This document shows, in pieces, positions 9,236 to 18,240 of a DNA stretch of 64,000 nt. The first letter of the stretch is position 1; every line of letters starts with the position of its first letter. This DNA comes from Clostridia bacterium (lineage in GTDB: Bacteria > Bacillota > Clostridia > Christensenellales > CAG-138). Made by a program: the position numbers and the translations under genes. The notes below the pieces were generated by a model. That model was not told the DNA's origin. It worked only from the letters and a program-made list of their open reading frames with translations, and ran no database searches. The stretch is taken from assembly GCA_030533005.1 (NCBI GenBank), contig JAUNJX010000002.1, forward strand, positions 6,429 through 70,428, read 5' to 3'.

Positions 9236-10678
9236 TTACCACTGGTGTCTTACAATGGGGTTTCTTGCCGCCGCCACCTCGTCGGGTCTGCCGACGGGCG
9301 TGGTGAGGGGCATCTTGTGCATGGCCTCGGGATCGGATAGGGCGATCTGGGCGATCTCCTTCATGGCCTGTACGAAAGCGTCCAGCGTTTCGCGGCTTTC
9401 GGTCTCGGTAGGCTCGATCATCATGGCCTCGTGCACGATGAGCGGGAAATAGATCGTGGGCGGATGTACGCCGTAGTCGATCAGTCCCTTGGCGATATCC
9501 GAGGTGTGCACGCCCTTTTCGATCATCTCCTCCGTGGGGGTGACGACGCATTCGTGCATGCAGATGCGGTCGTGCGGCAGATCGTATACGCCGCGCAGCA
9601 TCCCCATGACGTAGTTGGCGTTGAGCACGGCGTTCTGCGCGCCCTCCGTAATGCCCACGCCGCCCATGCTCTCGATGTAGGCAAGGGTCTTGAGCATGAC
9701 GGAGAAGTTGCCGTAAAACGCCTTTACCTTGCCGACGGAAAGCGGACGGTCATACTCGAGCCTTCCGTGTTCGCCGTCGCGCACCACCACGGGTATGGGA
9801 AGGAACTGCGCAAGCTCGGCCGTACAGCCGACCGCGCCGCAGCCGGGGCCGCCGCCGCCGTGCGGGGTGGAGAAGGTCTTGTGGACGTTCAGGTGCAGCA
9901 CATCAAAGCCCATGTCGCCCGGACGCGCCACGCCCATGACCGCGTTGAAGTTCGCGCCGTCGTAGTAGCACAGGCCGCCCGCGTCATGCACGATCTTGGT
10001 GATCTCGAGGATGTTGTGGTCGAAAATGCCCAGCGTGTTGGGGTTGGTGAGCATAAGACCCGCTACGTCCGGCCCCATGGCCGCACGGAGTGCCTCAAGA
10101 TCGACGCCGCCGTCGGGTGCGGACGCGATCTCGCGGATCTTAAAGCCGGCAAGCGCTGCGGACGCCGGATTGGTGCCGTGCGCGGCGTCGGGTACAACGA
10201 TGACGGTGCGCTCGTAGTCCTTGCGGTTGTCGTGATAGGCTTTAATAAGGGTAAGACCCGTGTATTCGCCATGCGCGCCCGCCGCAGGCTGCAGCGTGAA
10301 CGCGGGGAAGCCCGTGATCTTTGCCAACGCCTCGTCGATCATGAGCATCACGTCCACCGCGCCCTGCGTGCAGGATGCGTCCGCATAGGGATGCAGGTTT
10401 TCAAACAGCGTTGCGATCTCCTCATTGATCTTGGGATTGTACTTCATGGTGCAGGAGCCAAGCGGGTAGAAGCCGTTGTCCACGCCGTAATTGCGGCGGG
10501 AAAGGCCGACGAAATGGCGCACCATGTCCACCTCCGCAAGCTCGGGGAGCTTGACGGGAGCTGTTTTTTTGCAGGACGCGGGTATAACGTCCTTTTCCGG
10601 CACGTCCAGCTTGGGCAGGTCATAGCCCTTGCGGCCGGGGAGCGATCTTTCAAAGACCAGCTTATAGGCACTTCTCAT
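9236..10678 (-). CDS. gcvPB: glycine dehydrogenase (decarboxylating) subunit 2
   Basis: ATG at 10678 after GGAGGTG, with an ATGA overlap on the gcvPA stop. Product MRSAYKLVFERSLPGRKGYDLP... carries the PLP-site region HLNVHKTFSTPHGGGGPG. Confidence 0.92.
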   Translation of the reverse strand: MRSAYKLVFERSLPGRKGYDLPKLDVPEKDVIPASCKKTAPVKLPELAEVDMVRHFVGLSRRNYGVDNGFYPLGSCTMKYNPKINEEIATLFENLHPYADASCTQGAVDVMLMIDEALAKITGFPAFTLQPAAGAHGEYTGLTLIKAYHDNRKDYERTVIVVPDAAHGTNPASAALAGFKIREIASAPDGGVDLEALRAAMGPDVAGLMLTNPNTLGIFDHNILEITKIVHDAGGLCYYDGANFNAVMGVARPGDMGFDVLHLNVHKTFSTPHGGGGPGCGAVGCTAELAQFLPIPVVVRDGEHGRLEYDRPLSVGKVKAFYGNFSVMLKTLAYIESMGGVGITEGAQNAVLNANYVMGMLRGVYDLPHDRICMHECVVTPTEEMIEKGVHTSDIAKGLIDYGVHPPTIYFPLIVHEAMMIEPTETESRETLDAFVQAMKEIAQIALSDPEAMHKMPLTTPVGRPDEVAAARNPIVRHQW

Positions 10679-12015
10679 TTGAGCACCTCCTTGAGCGCGG
10701 CGACAACGCCGTCCAGTTCTTCTCTGGTGTTGAGCTCCGTGGCGCACCAGAGCATGCCATGCGCGTCCGCCTTATCGAAGCGGGAGAGCGGCAGGCCGCT
10801 CATATAGCCCGCCTTCAAGAGCGCTTTGTCCACCTTTTCGGCCTTCTCGTCGAAATCCACCACGAATTCGTGGAAGAAGGGGGTGTTGGGATAGCGCAGC
10901 TTTGCGCCGGGGAGCGCTGTAATCGCGTCTGCAAGGTAATGCGCCTTCTGTACGCACTGCTCCGCGACCTCCTCTAAGCCCTGCGGACCCATGACGCTAA
11001 GGTACATGGACGCGGTCACGGCGCAAAGGCACTGGTTGGAGCAGATGTTGCTCGCCGCCTTTTCGCGGCGGATGTGCTGTTCGCGGGCGGAGAGGGTCAA
11101 ACAATACACGCGGTTGCCCTCGTCGTCCGTCGTCTCACCCACGATGCGGCCCGTGAGGCTGCGCATGAGCTTGGAGGTGGTGGCTACGAAGCCCAGGTAC
11201 GGCCCGCCGAAGTTAAGCGGCATGCCAAGCGGCTGCCCTTCGCCCAGCGCGAAATCCGCGCCGTAATCGCCGGGCTTTTTCAGCTCGCCCAGCGATATGG
11301 GGTTGACGACTGCGCCAAAGAGCAGGCCGCACGCGTGCGCCGCCTCCACCAAAGCGTCCATGTCCTCGATATTTCCCAGGAAATTCGGATTGGCGACCAG
11401 GATGCCCGCAGCGCCCTCTGCAAGCGCTGCGATGGCCTTGCCGTCCGTCTGGCCGTAAGCGCAAAGCGGCACCTCGACAAGCTCGATGCCCGCAAAGCGC
11501 GCGTAGGTCTTCATGGTCTCAACATATTCAGGATGCAAGCCCGCGGAGTAGAGCACCTTTGCCTTGCGCTTGCTTGCGCGCATGGCGATCATCACCTCGG
11601 CGCAGGCGTGCGCCCCGTCGTAAACGGAGGCGTTGGACGCGTCCATGCCCGTGATGTCGCAGATCATGGTCTGGTATTCAAAGATGGCCTGCAGCATGCC
11701 CTGGCTCATCTCGGTCTGGTAGGGGGTGTAGGCGGTGTAGAACTCGCTGCGCGCAAGCAGCTGCGGTATCGCCGCCGGGATGTAGTGATGGTAAGCGCCG
11801 GCGCCTCTAAAGATGGGCGTGGACTGATCCGTGTTCGCCGCAAGGGACGCAAACAGCCTCCGTATCTCCATCTCGCTTTTGCCCTCGGGTAGATCGAGGG
11901 ATTTGAGCAGCATATCGGCGGGCACATCCACGAAAAGATCGTACATGTCCTTTAAGCCGATAGCTTCCAGCATGGCCTGACGCTCGCTCTCCGTATTGGG
12001 AACGTAGCTTCTCAT
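10675..12015 (-). CDS. gcvPA: glycine dehydrogenase (decarboxylating) subunit 1
   Basis: ATG at 12015 after GAAAGGAG. Product MRSYVPNTESERQAMLEAIGLKDMYDLF...YTPYQTEMSQGMLQAIFEYQTM. The track start at 12117 extends into the repeat array. Confidence 0.92.
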   Translation of the reverse strand: MRSYVPNTESERQAMLEAIGLKDMYDLFVDVPADMLLKSLDLPEGKSEMEIRRLFASLAANTDQSTPIFRGAGAYHHYIPAAIPQLLARSEFYTAYTPYQTEMSQGMLQAIFEYQTMICDITGMDASNASVYDGAHACAEVMIAMRASKRKAKVLYSAGLHPEYVETMKTYARFAGIELVEVPLCAYGQTDGKAIAALAEGAAGILVANPNFLGNIEDMDALVEAAHACGLLFGAVVNPISLGELKKPGDYGADFALGEGQPLGMPLNFGGPYLGFVATTSKLMRSLTGRIVGETTDDEGNRVYCLTLSAREQHIRREKAASNICSNQCLCAVTASMYLSVMGPQGLEEVAEQCVQKAHYLADAITALPGAKLRYPNTPFFHEFVVDFDEKAEKVDKALLKAGYMSGLPLSRFDKADAHGMLWCATELNTREELDGVVAALKEVLK

Positions 12016-12029
12016 AAAACTCCTTTCTA

Positions 12030-12340
12030 TGCTTCGCTTTCGCTCCAACAGCTTTGTCGTTGGAGCGAGGTTTACACGCTTTGCCTCTCGCCCTGCGGGC
12101 TTCAAACGGCAAAACATGAAGGGGGATTGTCAAGGGGTCGAGACCCCTTGACTACCAACCGCCCGAAGCGACACACCCCAGGGTGGCTTCTCTTGCCGCT
12201 ATGCGGCAATTCACCTTCTGCGCGGTGAGGGCGGTTGGGCTTGCAAAGCAAGGCTTTCTTTTCGCGTTACAACGGCCGTCCGCGATAGCGGACAGTTGTA
12301 ACGTGTGATCTCAAGAAAGGACGAATGTCCTTTCTTGAAA
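12030..12340. repeat. mosaic hairpin-array repeat, copy R4 (inside the gcv operon)
   Basis: A chain of about 8 hairpin modules between gcvH and gcvPA. GCTTCGCTTTCGCTCCAAC...GTTGGAGCGAGG and TTTGCCTCTCGCCCTGCGGGC recur at 44360-44450. The 113-nt block 12122-12234 recurs inverted at 15258-15370. Confidence 0.85.
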
Positions 12341-12342
12341 AG

Positions 12343-12708
12343 CTATTGGGCGATCTTTGCTTCGTAAGCGGCTGCGTCCATGACCTCGCCATCGATGGCG
12401 CCCTCGAACACGGCGATATAGTTTTCCCACGCGTCGGCGTTCAGCAGCGCCGGGTCGTCGTTGAGCGCTTCGTTGACGGCCACGACCTTGCCCGTTACCT
12501 GCGTGTAAATCTCCGCGGCTGCCTTGACGGATTCCACCACGGCGAAATCGTCGCCCGCCTTGAATTCGTCGCCCACGCCGGGCAGATCCACGAACACGAT
12601 GTCGCCCAGCTCATGCTGCGCAAAGTCCGTGATGCCGACCTTCAGCTTGCCGTCTTCCTCCAGGATCCATTCGTCGTTTGCGGTGTACTTGCGATTGGTA
12701 GGTACCAT
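12343..12708 (-). CDS. gcvH: glycine cleavage system H protein
   Basis: Lipoyl motif AVVESVKAAAEIY and ITDFAQHELGDIVFVDLP; RBS AAGGAGGA. Confidence 0.95.
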   Translation of the reverse strand: MVPTNRKYTANDEWILEEDGKLKVGITDFAQHELGDIVFVDLPGVGDEFKAGDDFAVVESVKAAAEIYTQVTGKVVAVNEALNDDPALLNADAWENYIAVFEGAIDGEVMDAAAYEAKIAQ

Positions 12709-12801
12709 TGTTTGTTCTTCCTCCTTAGAATTGTTTATTTGAGTGAGTTAGGTAGTCATAAAACCTCGAAAATGTGGCATAGCCACTTTCCCGAAAGGGC
12801 G

Positions 12802-13881
12802 TTACGCCCTTTTATAGAACGGCAGCGGCACCTGCACGGCCTTGAGCTTCTTGCCGCGCACCTCGATCTCGAAATCCGTCGCGTCCGCCACATCCATATC
12901 CACCAGCGCCATGGCGTGCGAGCCTTCGAGTGTGGGCACGAATACGCCGGAGGTGGTCTGCCCCACGAGCTTGCCGTTGCAGTAGACGGGATAATGCTCG
13001 CGCACGATGCCGCGATCCGTCACCTTGAGGCCGATGCGCTTGCGCTTGGGCGGATCGACGAGTGCGGATTTACCGATAAAGTCGTCCTTGTTCATCTTGA
13101 CGGCAAAGCCGATGCCGACCTCCATGGGCGTGATGTCCTTTTCCATCTCGTGGCCGTAAAGGGGCATGCACGCTTCAAAGCGGAGGGAATCGCGGGCGGC
13201 CAGCGCGCAGGGCACGATGCCGGTCTTGTCCGCGGTCGCAAGCAGCGCTTCAAACAGCTTCGGCGTATCCGCCGCCTTGCAGTAGATCTCCACGCCGTCC
13301 TCGCCGGTATAGCCCGTGCGGCTCATCATGCAGTCGATACCCGCTACCTTGATGGCGGGGGTGAAGGTGTAATTCTTTTCGGGGATCGCGCCTTCATAGC
13401 CTACAGCGTCCAGCACCGCCATGAAGTTGGGACCCTGTAAGGCGACCTGTCCCCATTCGGGGCTCTGGTTCACCAGCTTCACATCGCCAAAGAGGTGGGA
13501 TTTGAACCATTCGTAATCCTTGTCCGTGTTGCCGGCGTTGACGATGATGAGGTAATGCTCGTCGTCGTACTTGTAGACGAGGATATCGTCCACCACGCCG
13601 CCGTCCTCATAGCAGAGCATGGAATAGCGGCAGCGACCCGGGGTCATGGTGGTCAGATCGTTGGTGCACAGCTTTTGCAGATACGCAAACGCGTCCTTGC
13701 CGCTTACATCCATCTCGCCCATGTGCGATACGTCGAACAGGCCTACGTTTTTGCGCACCGCCATGTGCTCCTCGATGGGCGAGGAATACTGCACGGGCAT
13801 GGCCCAGCCGCCGAAATCGACGATCTTCCCGCCCAACTTCACATGCGTGTCGTAGAGCGGCGTCTTCTTGAGATTCTCCAT
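12802..13881 (-). CDS. gcvT: aminomethyltransferase (glycine cleavage system T protein)
   Basis: MENLKKTPLYDTHVKLGGKIVDFGGWAMPVQY...HMAVRKNVGLFDVSHMG; RBS AGGAGGTA. Confidence 0.95.
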   Translation of the reverse strand: MENLKKTPLYDTHVKLGGKIVDFGGWAMPVQYSSPIEEHMAVRKNVGLFDVSHMGEMDVSGKDAFAYLQKLCTNDLTTMTPGRCRYSMLCYEDGGVVDDILVYKYDDEHYLIIVNAGNTDKDYEWFKSHLFGDVKLVNQSPEWGQVALQGPNFMAVLDAVGYEGAIPEKNYTFTPAIKVAGIDCMMSRTGYTGEDGVEIYCKAADTPKLFEALLATADKTGIVPCALAARDSLRFEACMPLYGHEMEKDITPMEVGIGFAVKMNKDDFIGKSALVDPPKRKRIGLKVTDRGIVREHYPVYCNGKLVGQTTSGVFVPTLEGSHAMALVDMDVADATDFEIEVRGKKLKAVQVPLPFYKRA

Positions 13882-14044
13882 GTGTACCTCCTATATTCTA
13901 TTATTGCCTTTAACAAGAGAAGGGTATGCCGAAATGGTTTTGCTCCCATCATTATATAACAATTTGAGGCTGTGCAAAAGGGGAAATATACCGTGATGAG
14001 AGGGGGAAGGGTATAGGAATTTCCTATAGGAAGAAAAATGGAAA

Positions 14045-14227
14045 GCTTTTTAGGGGGTCCGGGGGCCACGGCCCCCGGAGGGTGATTCGCCTACAGCGGC
14101 TTTGCCGGTGGAGGCGTGCGTAAATCCGAAGGATTTCGGACTTTGCAAGCTGCAACGGCCGCGAGCAATGCGAGCAGATGCAGCTTGTAAGCTCGAAAGA
14201 AGGCCGGTAAGCCTTCTTGCGAAACGG
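14045..14227. repeat. mosaic hairpin-array repeat, copy R5
   Basis: GGGGGTCCGGGGGCCACGGCCCCCGGAG, CGCCTACAGCGGCTTTGCCGGTGGAGGCG, AAATCCGAAGGATTT, CTTGCAAGCTGCA...TGCAGCTTGTAAG, CTCGAAAGAAGGCCGGTAAGCCTTCTTGCGAAA. Confidence 0.85.
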
Positions 14228-15052
14228 TCATGCCGCCTTTAATACCATATATAATCTTGCGCCGGTTTTGCCGCCCACCTTGTCACCGCAGGTGATGAGG
14301 ATCATGAGCTTGTCGCTTGATGAGGCGGTGCCCACCGTCATGCCCTTCTTTGAGCTGCCCGCGCGGGAGAGCTGATAGTCAAGCCAGCTGGATACGCCGC
14401 CCGTGGAGAGGGCGTTGAAGGAGAGGGTGGAGGCGGGCTCGCTGGATTCCGTCTCGTAAAAGCAGACCAAGTCCCACTTTTTATAGCCGTCGTAGCTGAG
14501 GTCAAAGCTGCTTGCCTTGTGGGAAGCCGTGCAGCTTGCGCCGCAGCGTTCGCACTTGCCCTTTCCCAGCCACGCGTTTTGCACATGATGAAGGGCGTGG
14601 AACATCTTGCCGGATTTGCGCATGTTATGCCCCATGATGACGGCGACCTGTGCGTTTTGCGGGGTCATGGAGAAGATGTGGTTATAATCCTTGTTATAGT
14701 AGTAGCCGCCCTTGCCGTCGGAGCGGTTGCTGTAGATGCTGTAGCTGCGTCCGCCGGGTATGCTGATGCTGCCCCACACATCGCCCTTGGCGCTTACCGT
14801 GCCGGGCGTAGGGGTGGGGGCGTCGGAGGCCGCAGCGCCTGCTTCCGTTTCGCGGGGAGGCTGCGGCGTAACGGCAGCGGCGGTAGGCGTGGGCGCGGGC
14901 GTCCCCAACGACTGCCAAGGCGTGGGCGTGGGGGAAGCTGTGGGCGCGGGCGTGCTTTTTGCAAGCGCCGCGGAGGCGAAGATGCTAAAAAAGATACTGC
15001 CGATAAAGAGTGCCGCCATCAGTATGGCGATAAGACGAGTGATTCTTTTCAT
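14228..15052 (-). CDS. membrane-anchored sortase-fold (class B-like) protein with Pro/Thr-rich linker and CxxCxxxC insert
   Basis: N-terminal TM segment, then a PT-rich linker. Sortase-like motifs: VIMGHNMRKSGKMFHAL (His), LMILITCGD (TLxTC-like Cys) and GARLYMVLKA (Arg). Insert KCERCGASC. Confidence 0.75.
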   Translation of the reverse strand: MKRITRLIAILMAALFIGSIFFSIFASAALAKSTPAPTASPTPTPWQSLGTPAPTPTAAAVTPQPPRETEAGAAASDAPTPTPGTVSAKGDVWGSISIPGGRSYSIYSNRSDGKGGYYYNKDYNHIFSMTPQNAQVAVIMGHNMRKSGKMFHALHHVQNAWLGKGKCERCGASCTASHKASSFDLSYDGYKKWDLVCFYETESSEPASTLSFNALSTGGVSSWLDYQLSRAGSSKKGMTVGTASSSDKLMILITCGDKVGGKTGARLYMVLKAA

Positions 15053-15127
15053 AGGGGTCGACCGGTATTCCTTTCGGATAGTTGTGCAAACAAATCACGG
15101 GTATTCTATCACATGCCAGGATAAAAG

Positions 15128-15375
15128 AAAAGGGCTGTCGCCAGCCCTTGTTATCGGCAAAGGTCACTCGACCTTTGCCGATGCTTACAATTTGTAACTG
15201 TTCGCTGTGCTCACGGTCGTTATAAATTGCGGAGAAACCCTTGCTGCGCAAGGCATTCCGCCCTCACCGCGCAGAAGGTGAATTGCCGCATAGCGGCAAG
15301 AGAAGCCACCCTGGGGTGTGTCGCTTCGGGCGGTTGAAAGTCAAGGGGCTGCGACCCCTTGACAATCCCCAAAGG
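15128..15375. repeat. mosaic hairpin-array repeat, copy R6
   Basis: Hairpins AAGGGCTGTCGCCAGCCCTT and CGGCAAAGGTCACTCGACCTTTGCCG, plus the inverted copy (15258-15370) of the 12122-12234 block. Confidence 0.85.
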
Positions 15376-15404
15376 GTTGTCGGTGACGTAAGGCGTATTG
15401 TTTG

Positions 15405-16181
15405 CTACTTTACCTTGGCGAAATCCTCTTTGCGCCCGTAGCCCGTGCAGTCCTCGTATTTCAAGAGATACCATTCGCCGTTTTCGGCCACGGCCAGGAA
15501 TTCCTTGTCCTTCATGCCCGAAAGCTTGCGGTTGATATTGCTCGACGAGGTGGAATCGTCCGGCGTGTTGCGAAGCCAGATGTTGTTCTGGGTGGATTTT
15601 AGCTTGATGGGGTCGGTGAGCACGTCGTCGCTTTTGTGCAGCAGGCCTTTTTCGATGTAGTCGGACTTTACATAGCCGGTGGTGTTCTTCATGGTTTTAA
15701 CCTTGGTGTAATCGCCGTCGGTGCCAAGGATGGTGAGCAGGTCGTTTTTATACACCTTGCCCAGCGCGTTCTTTTCGGCCGTGCGGTTGATGTTGACCCA
15801 ATCCTTGCAGTTGACCACATGCCCGTAGGTGACGGTCTTTTTGGCGGAGGCTGTGGATTTTGCGGCGGCCGGGACTGTGGCTGTGACCGTTGTGGCGGCG
15901 GGCGCCGTGAAAGAAACATCGCTTTTATCCACAAAGCCCTGCCGACCCTGCGCGGAAACGAAATAGTAGGTTTCCTGTTCGCTGAGAACCAAAACCTCGC
16001 CTGCAGCAAGGCTGCCGATCACCCGCCAGCCGCAGCCTGTCGCGTCGCAGACCTCGGCGGAAAGCGCGGTGCCCGCCTTTACATAGCCGGTCTTGGTTTC
16101 GGCAAGCGCCGTGGGCAGCATGGAAAAAAGACAGCAGACGCAAAGAGCTGTACACAAAGCTTTTTGCAAACAACGTTTCAT
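15405..16181 (-). CDS. secreted SH3b-repeat protein
   Basis: ATG at 16181 after GAAAGGAG. Signal peptide MKRCLQKALCTALCVCCLFSMLPTALA. Repeated SH3b-like units (GYVKAG..., GDYTKVKTMKNTTGYVKSDYI, GEWYLLKYEDCTGYGRKEDF). Confidence 0.8.
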   Translation of the reverse strand: MKRCLQKALCTALCVCCLFSMLPTALAETKTGYVKAGTALSAEVCDATGCGWRVIGSLAAGEVLVLSEQETYYFVSAQGRQGFVDKSDVSFTAPAATTVTATVPAAAKSTASAKKTVTYGHVVNCKDWVNINRTAEKNALGKVYKNDLLTILGTDGDYTKVKTMKNTTGYVKSDYIEKGLLHKSDDVLTDPIKLKSTQNNIWLRNTPDDSTSSSNINRKLSGMKDKEFLAVAENGEWYLLKYEDCTGYGRKEDFAKVK

Positions 16182-16219
16182 GGTGCGATCTCCTTTCGCT
16201 GAAGATGGGACGCGCTGCG

Positions 16220-17623
16220 TTACGCTACGGCCTTGAGCAGCATGCAAAGGTAGGTGCCGCCCTTGCTTCCCTTATCGCCGCAGGTGATAAAGGACATCAC
16301 GTCGTCGGAGGCGGTGGCGCTGCCCAATGTCGCGCCCTTGTGGCTGGAGGTGGAATAGGCTAACATCTGGTCGATCCAGCCCTGCTTGGCGGAGGCCGTT
16401 ACGCCGTAGTTGACGGCGGCATAGTTGCGCATGGATTCGTTGCCCTCGTAGAAGCCGATGAGCTGCCACTGCGTCTTGCCGTTATAATTGATATAGAAGA
16501 TGGAGGTCTTGGCGCTTGCGCAGCTGCCCTTGCAGCTTTCGCACTTGGCAACGCCCAGCCACGCGTTTTGTATATGGTGCAGATAATGGCCGCCCGTTTT
16601 GCTGCTGCGCATATTGTGGCTCATCAAAACATGGACGGGCGCGCCCTGCGGGCTTAGCATATAGAAGTAATTCTTCGTGCCGGAATAATCGTTATAGTAA
16701 TACTGGTTCTTCTTGTTGAGCCCGTTGCAGTAAATGCTGTTGTCATAAAGCTTATTAAAGGCGGTGCCGATGTTGGTGCCGTCGATCTTGACGATCTCGC
16801 CCCATTTGTCCTTGGCCTTATCGCCCGTGGCATAGGCGCCCGCGGCAAGCGTGCCGGCCGCGCTGGGGGCGGTCATGTCGGCGGCGAGCACATAGCCCGT
16901 GTAATCGCCGTAGGTAGCCTTATACCATGTGGAGCCGTTGGTGGCGATGATGGTGAAGGGCTGTCCCTTGGCGCCGGTGATCTTCTTGACCACGTTGCTG
17001 CTCTTGGTGGATTTGTCCGGCGTTTTGCGCATGATGATGGTCTTGGAGGCGCTCACCATCTGCTGCGGCGTTTCCAGCGCCACGTCGCCGGCACTTGCGG
17101 CGGCGGCTGCGGGCGCGCCCGGCGTGCCGTAGGCGACATACTTGGAGAGGATGAAGCCCGTGTTGCCCGCGGCGGTTGTGACCTGGGTATAGTCGCCGGA
17201 GGTGGTGAGAATCAAAAGCGCCGAATTTGCGGGAACGTTCTCTACCAGCGTGCTTGATTTACTCGCCTCCGCGCGAAGCGGCGCGTCGTTCTTTACGCCC
17301 GTGACATAGCCCGCGTTGGCGGCGGGTGTCGCGGCAGGCGTCGAGGAGGAGGAGGAGGCAGCGGTATCCATCGTGACGGCGGACTTGAGCACATAGCCGG
17401 TGATGCCGCTGGTGTCGCTGATCTGGTAAAAATCGCCGTATTCGCCGAGGATCGTGACCTGCCCGGCCTGCTGGAGCGTGCCGTAGAGCTGCGCGGTGCT
17501 TGCGCCCGTGTACACGGGGGTATTCGCGGCGACGGAACCGGTCGCGGCAAGCGCGGGCACGGCCATCAGCAGCGTCAGCGCGCTTAGCGCGATGCACAGG
17601 ATGCGCTTGAGGGTTTTCTTCAT
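16220..17623 (-). CDS. secreted SH3b-repeat protein fused to a sortase-fold domain (paralog of 14228-15052)
   Basis: Signal peptide MKKTLKRILCIALSALTLLMAVPALA, then several SH3b-like units (GDFYQISDTSGITGYVLKSAV etc.). The C-terminal domain carries LMSHNMRSSK, LHHIQNAWLGVAKCESCKGSC and SFITCGDK. Confidence 0.8.
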   Translation of the reverse strand: MKKTLKRILCIALSALTLLMAVPALAATGSVAANTPVYTGASTAQLYGTLQQAGQVTILGEYGDFYQISDTSGITGYVLKSAVTMDTAASSSSSTPAATPAANAGYVTGVKNDAPLRAEASKSSTLVENVPANSALLILTTSGDYTQVTTAAGNTGFILSKYVAYGTPGAPAAAAASAGDVALETPQQMVSASKTIIMRKTPDKSTKSSNVVKKITGAKGQPFTIIATNGSTWYKATYGDYTGYVLAADMTAPSAAGTLAAGAYATGDKAKDKWGEIVKIDGTNIGTAFNKLYDNSIYCNGLNKKNQYYYNDYSGTKNYFYMLSPQGAPVHVLMSHNMRSSKTGGHYLHHIQNAWLGVAKCESCKGSCASAKTSIFYINYNGKTQWQLIGFYEGNESMRNYAAVNYGVTASAKQGWIDQMLAYSTSSHKGATLGSATASDDVMSFITCGDKGSKGGTYLCMLLKAVA

Positions 17624-17686
17624 TGCGGTAAATCTCCCACTTCCATTAACTTAGAAAATCGTAAATTAGCAAATCGCAATTCGTAA

Positions 17687-18085
17687 TTACTCGTTTTTCT
17701 TGTCATCCTCGTCGTCAAACTCGAATGCGGCGCTGAGATCCTTGCCCTTCGCGGCGGAGGAGGTGCCAGCAGACTGCGCGGCCTTGGCCTTTTGCCTGTC
17801 TGTCATTTTAACGTTGGCGACGAGCATGCCCGCGATGCCGATCATGTTGATGAGCCAAAGTATCCAGCCCCATACGGAGGTTTCCGCCATCAGACCCGTG
17901 AGCTGCAATACGGGGGCTACCATGATGAGGATACCCACGATCCACGCGAAAATGCGCATGACCTTGACGTATTGTTCGCGCGGCACCTTGCAGTATTCGT
18001 TGTCGTAATACCTACCCTTGCCCGTGATGGCCGCATAGAGCAAATATAGGCCGATGCCGATCTCAAAAATGTTAAAAAAGTCCAT
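17687..18085 (-). CDS. hypothetical small membrane protein
   Basis: 132 aa with about 3 hydrophobic segments and an acidic/lysine-rich tail ending DDEDDKKNE. Confidence 0.7.
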   Translation of the reverse strand: MDFFNIFEIGIGLYLLYAAITGKGRYYDNEYCKVPREQYVKVMRIFAWIVGILIMVAPVLQLTGLMAETSVWGWILWLINMIGIAGMLVANVKMTDRQKAKAAQSAGTSSAAKGKDLSAAFEFDDEDDKKNE

Positions 18086-18240
18086 TTGTTTATCCTTTCA
18101 ATGGTAATGCTATCATAATTGGCGACGCCTGAAAACACAAGCGCCGCCACGGTTTGTTTACAGAATTATAATATTGGGGGCGGGTTTAGCGCCGCAATTT
18201 GTCAACTTACCCACCGCCGAATGACCTTGGGCGAAAAAGC

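Noticed and set aside
9431-13440. Plus-strand ORFs 9431-10807, 11074-11892 and 12325-13440 opposite the gcv genes
   Set aside because: These are shadows of gcvPB, gcvPA and gcvH/gcvT, whose products are unmistakable. The shadow products are low-complexity and lack start contexts.
13882-14050. Expected glycine riboswitch upstream of gcvT
   Set aside because: The minus-strand leader was read base by base. A possible promoter exists (TTGCAC, 15 nt, TATAAT), followed by a ~70-nt leader. However, the conserved glycine-aptamer blocks (GGAGAG ... ACCGAAGGGGCAA) are absent. The GCAAAAGGGG...GAGAG string seen on the plus strand is in reversed order, not a match.
14760-15197. Gly/Ala/Val-rich plus-strand ORFs opposite the Pro/Thr linker of the sortase-fold gene
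   Set aside because: They are the complement of a PT-rich linker (CCN/ACN codons read as GGN/NGT), so this is a compositional artefact.
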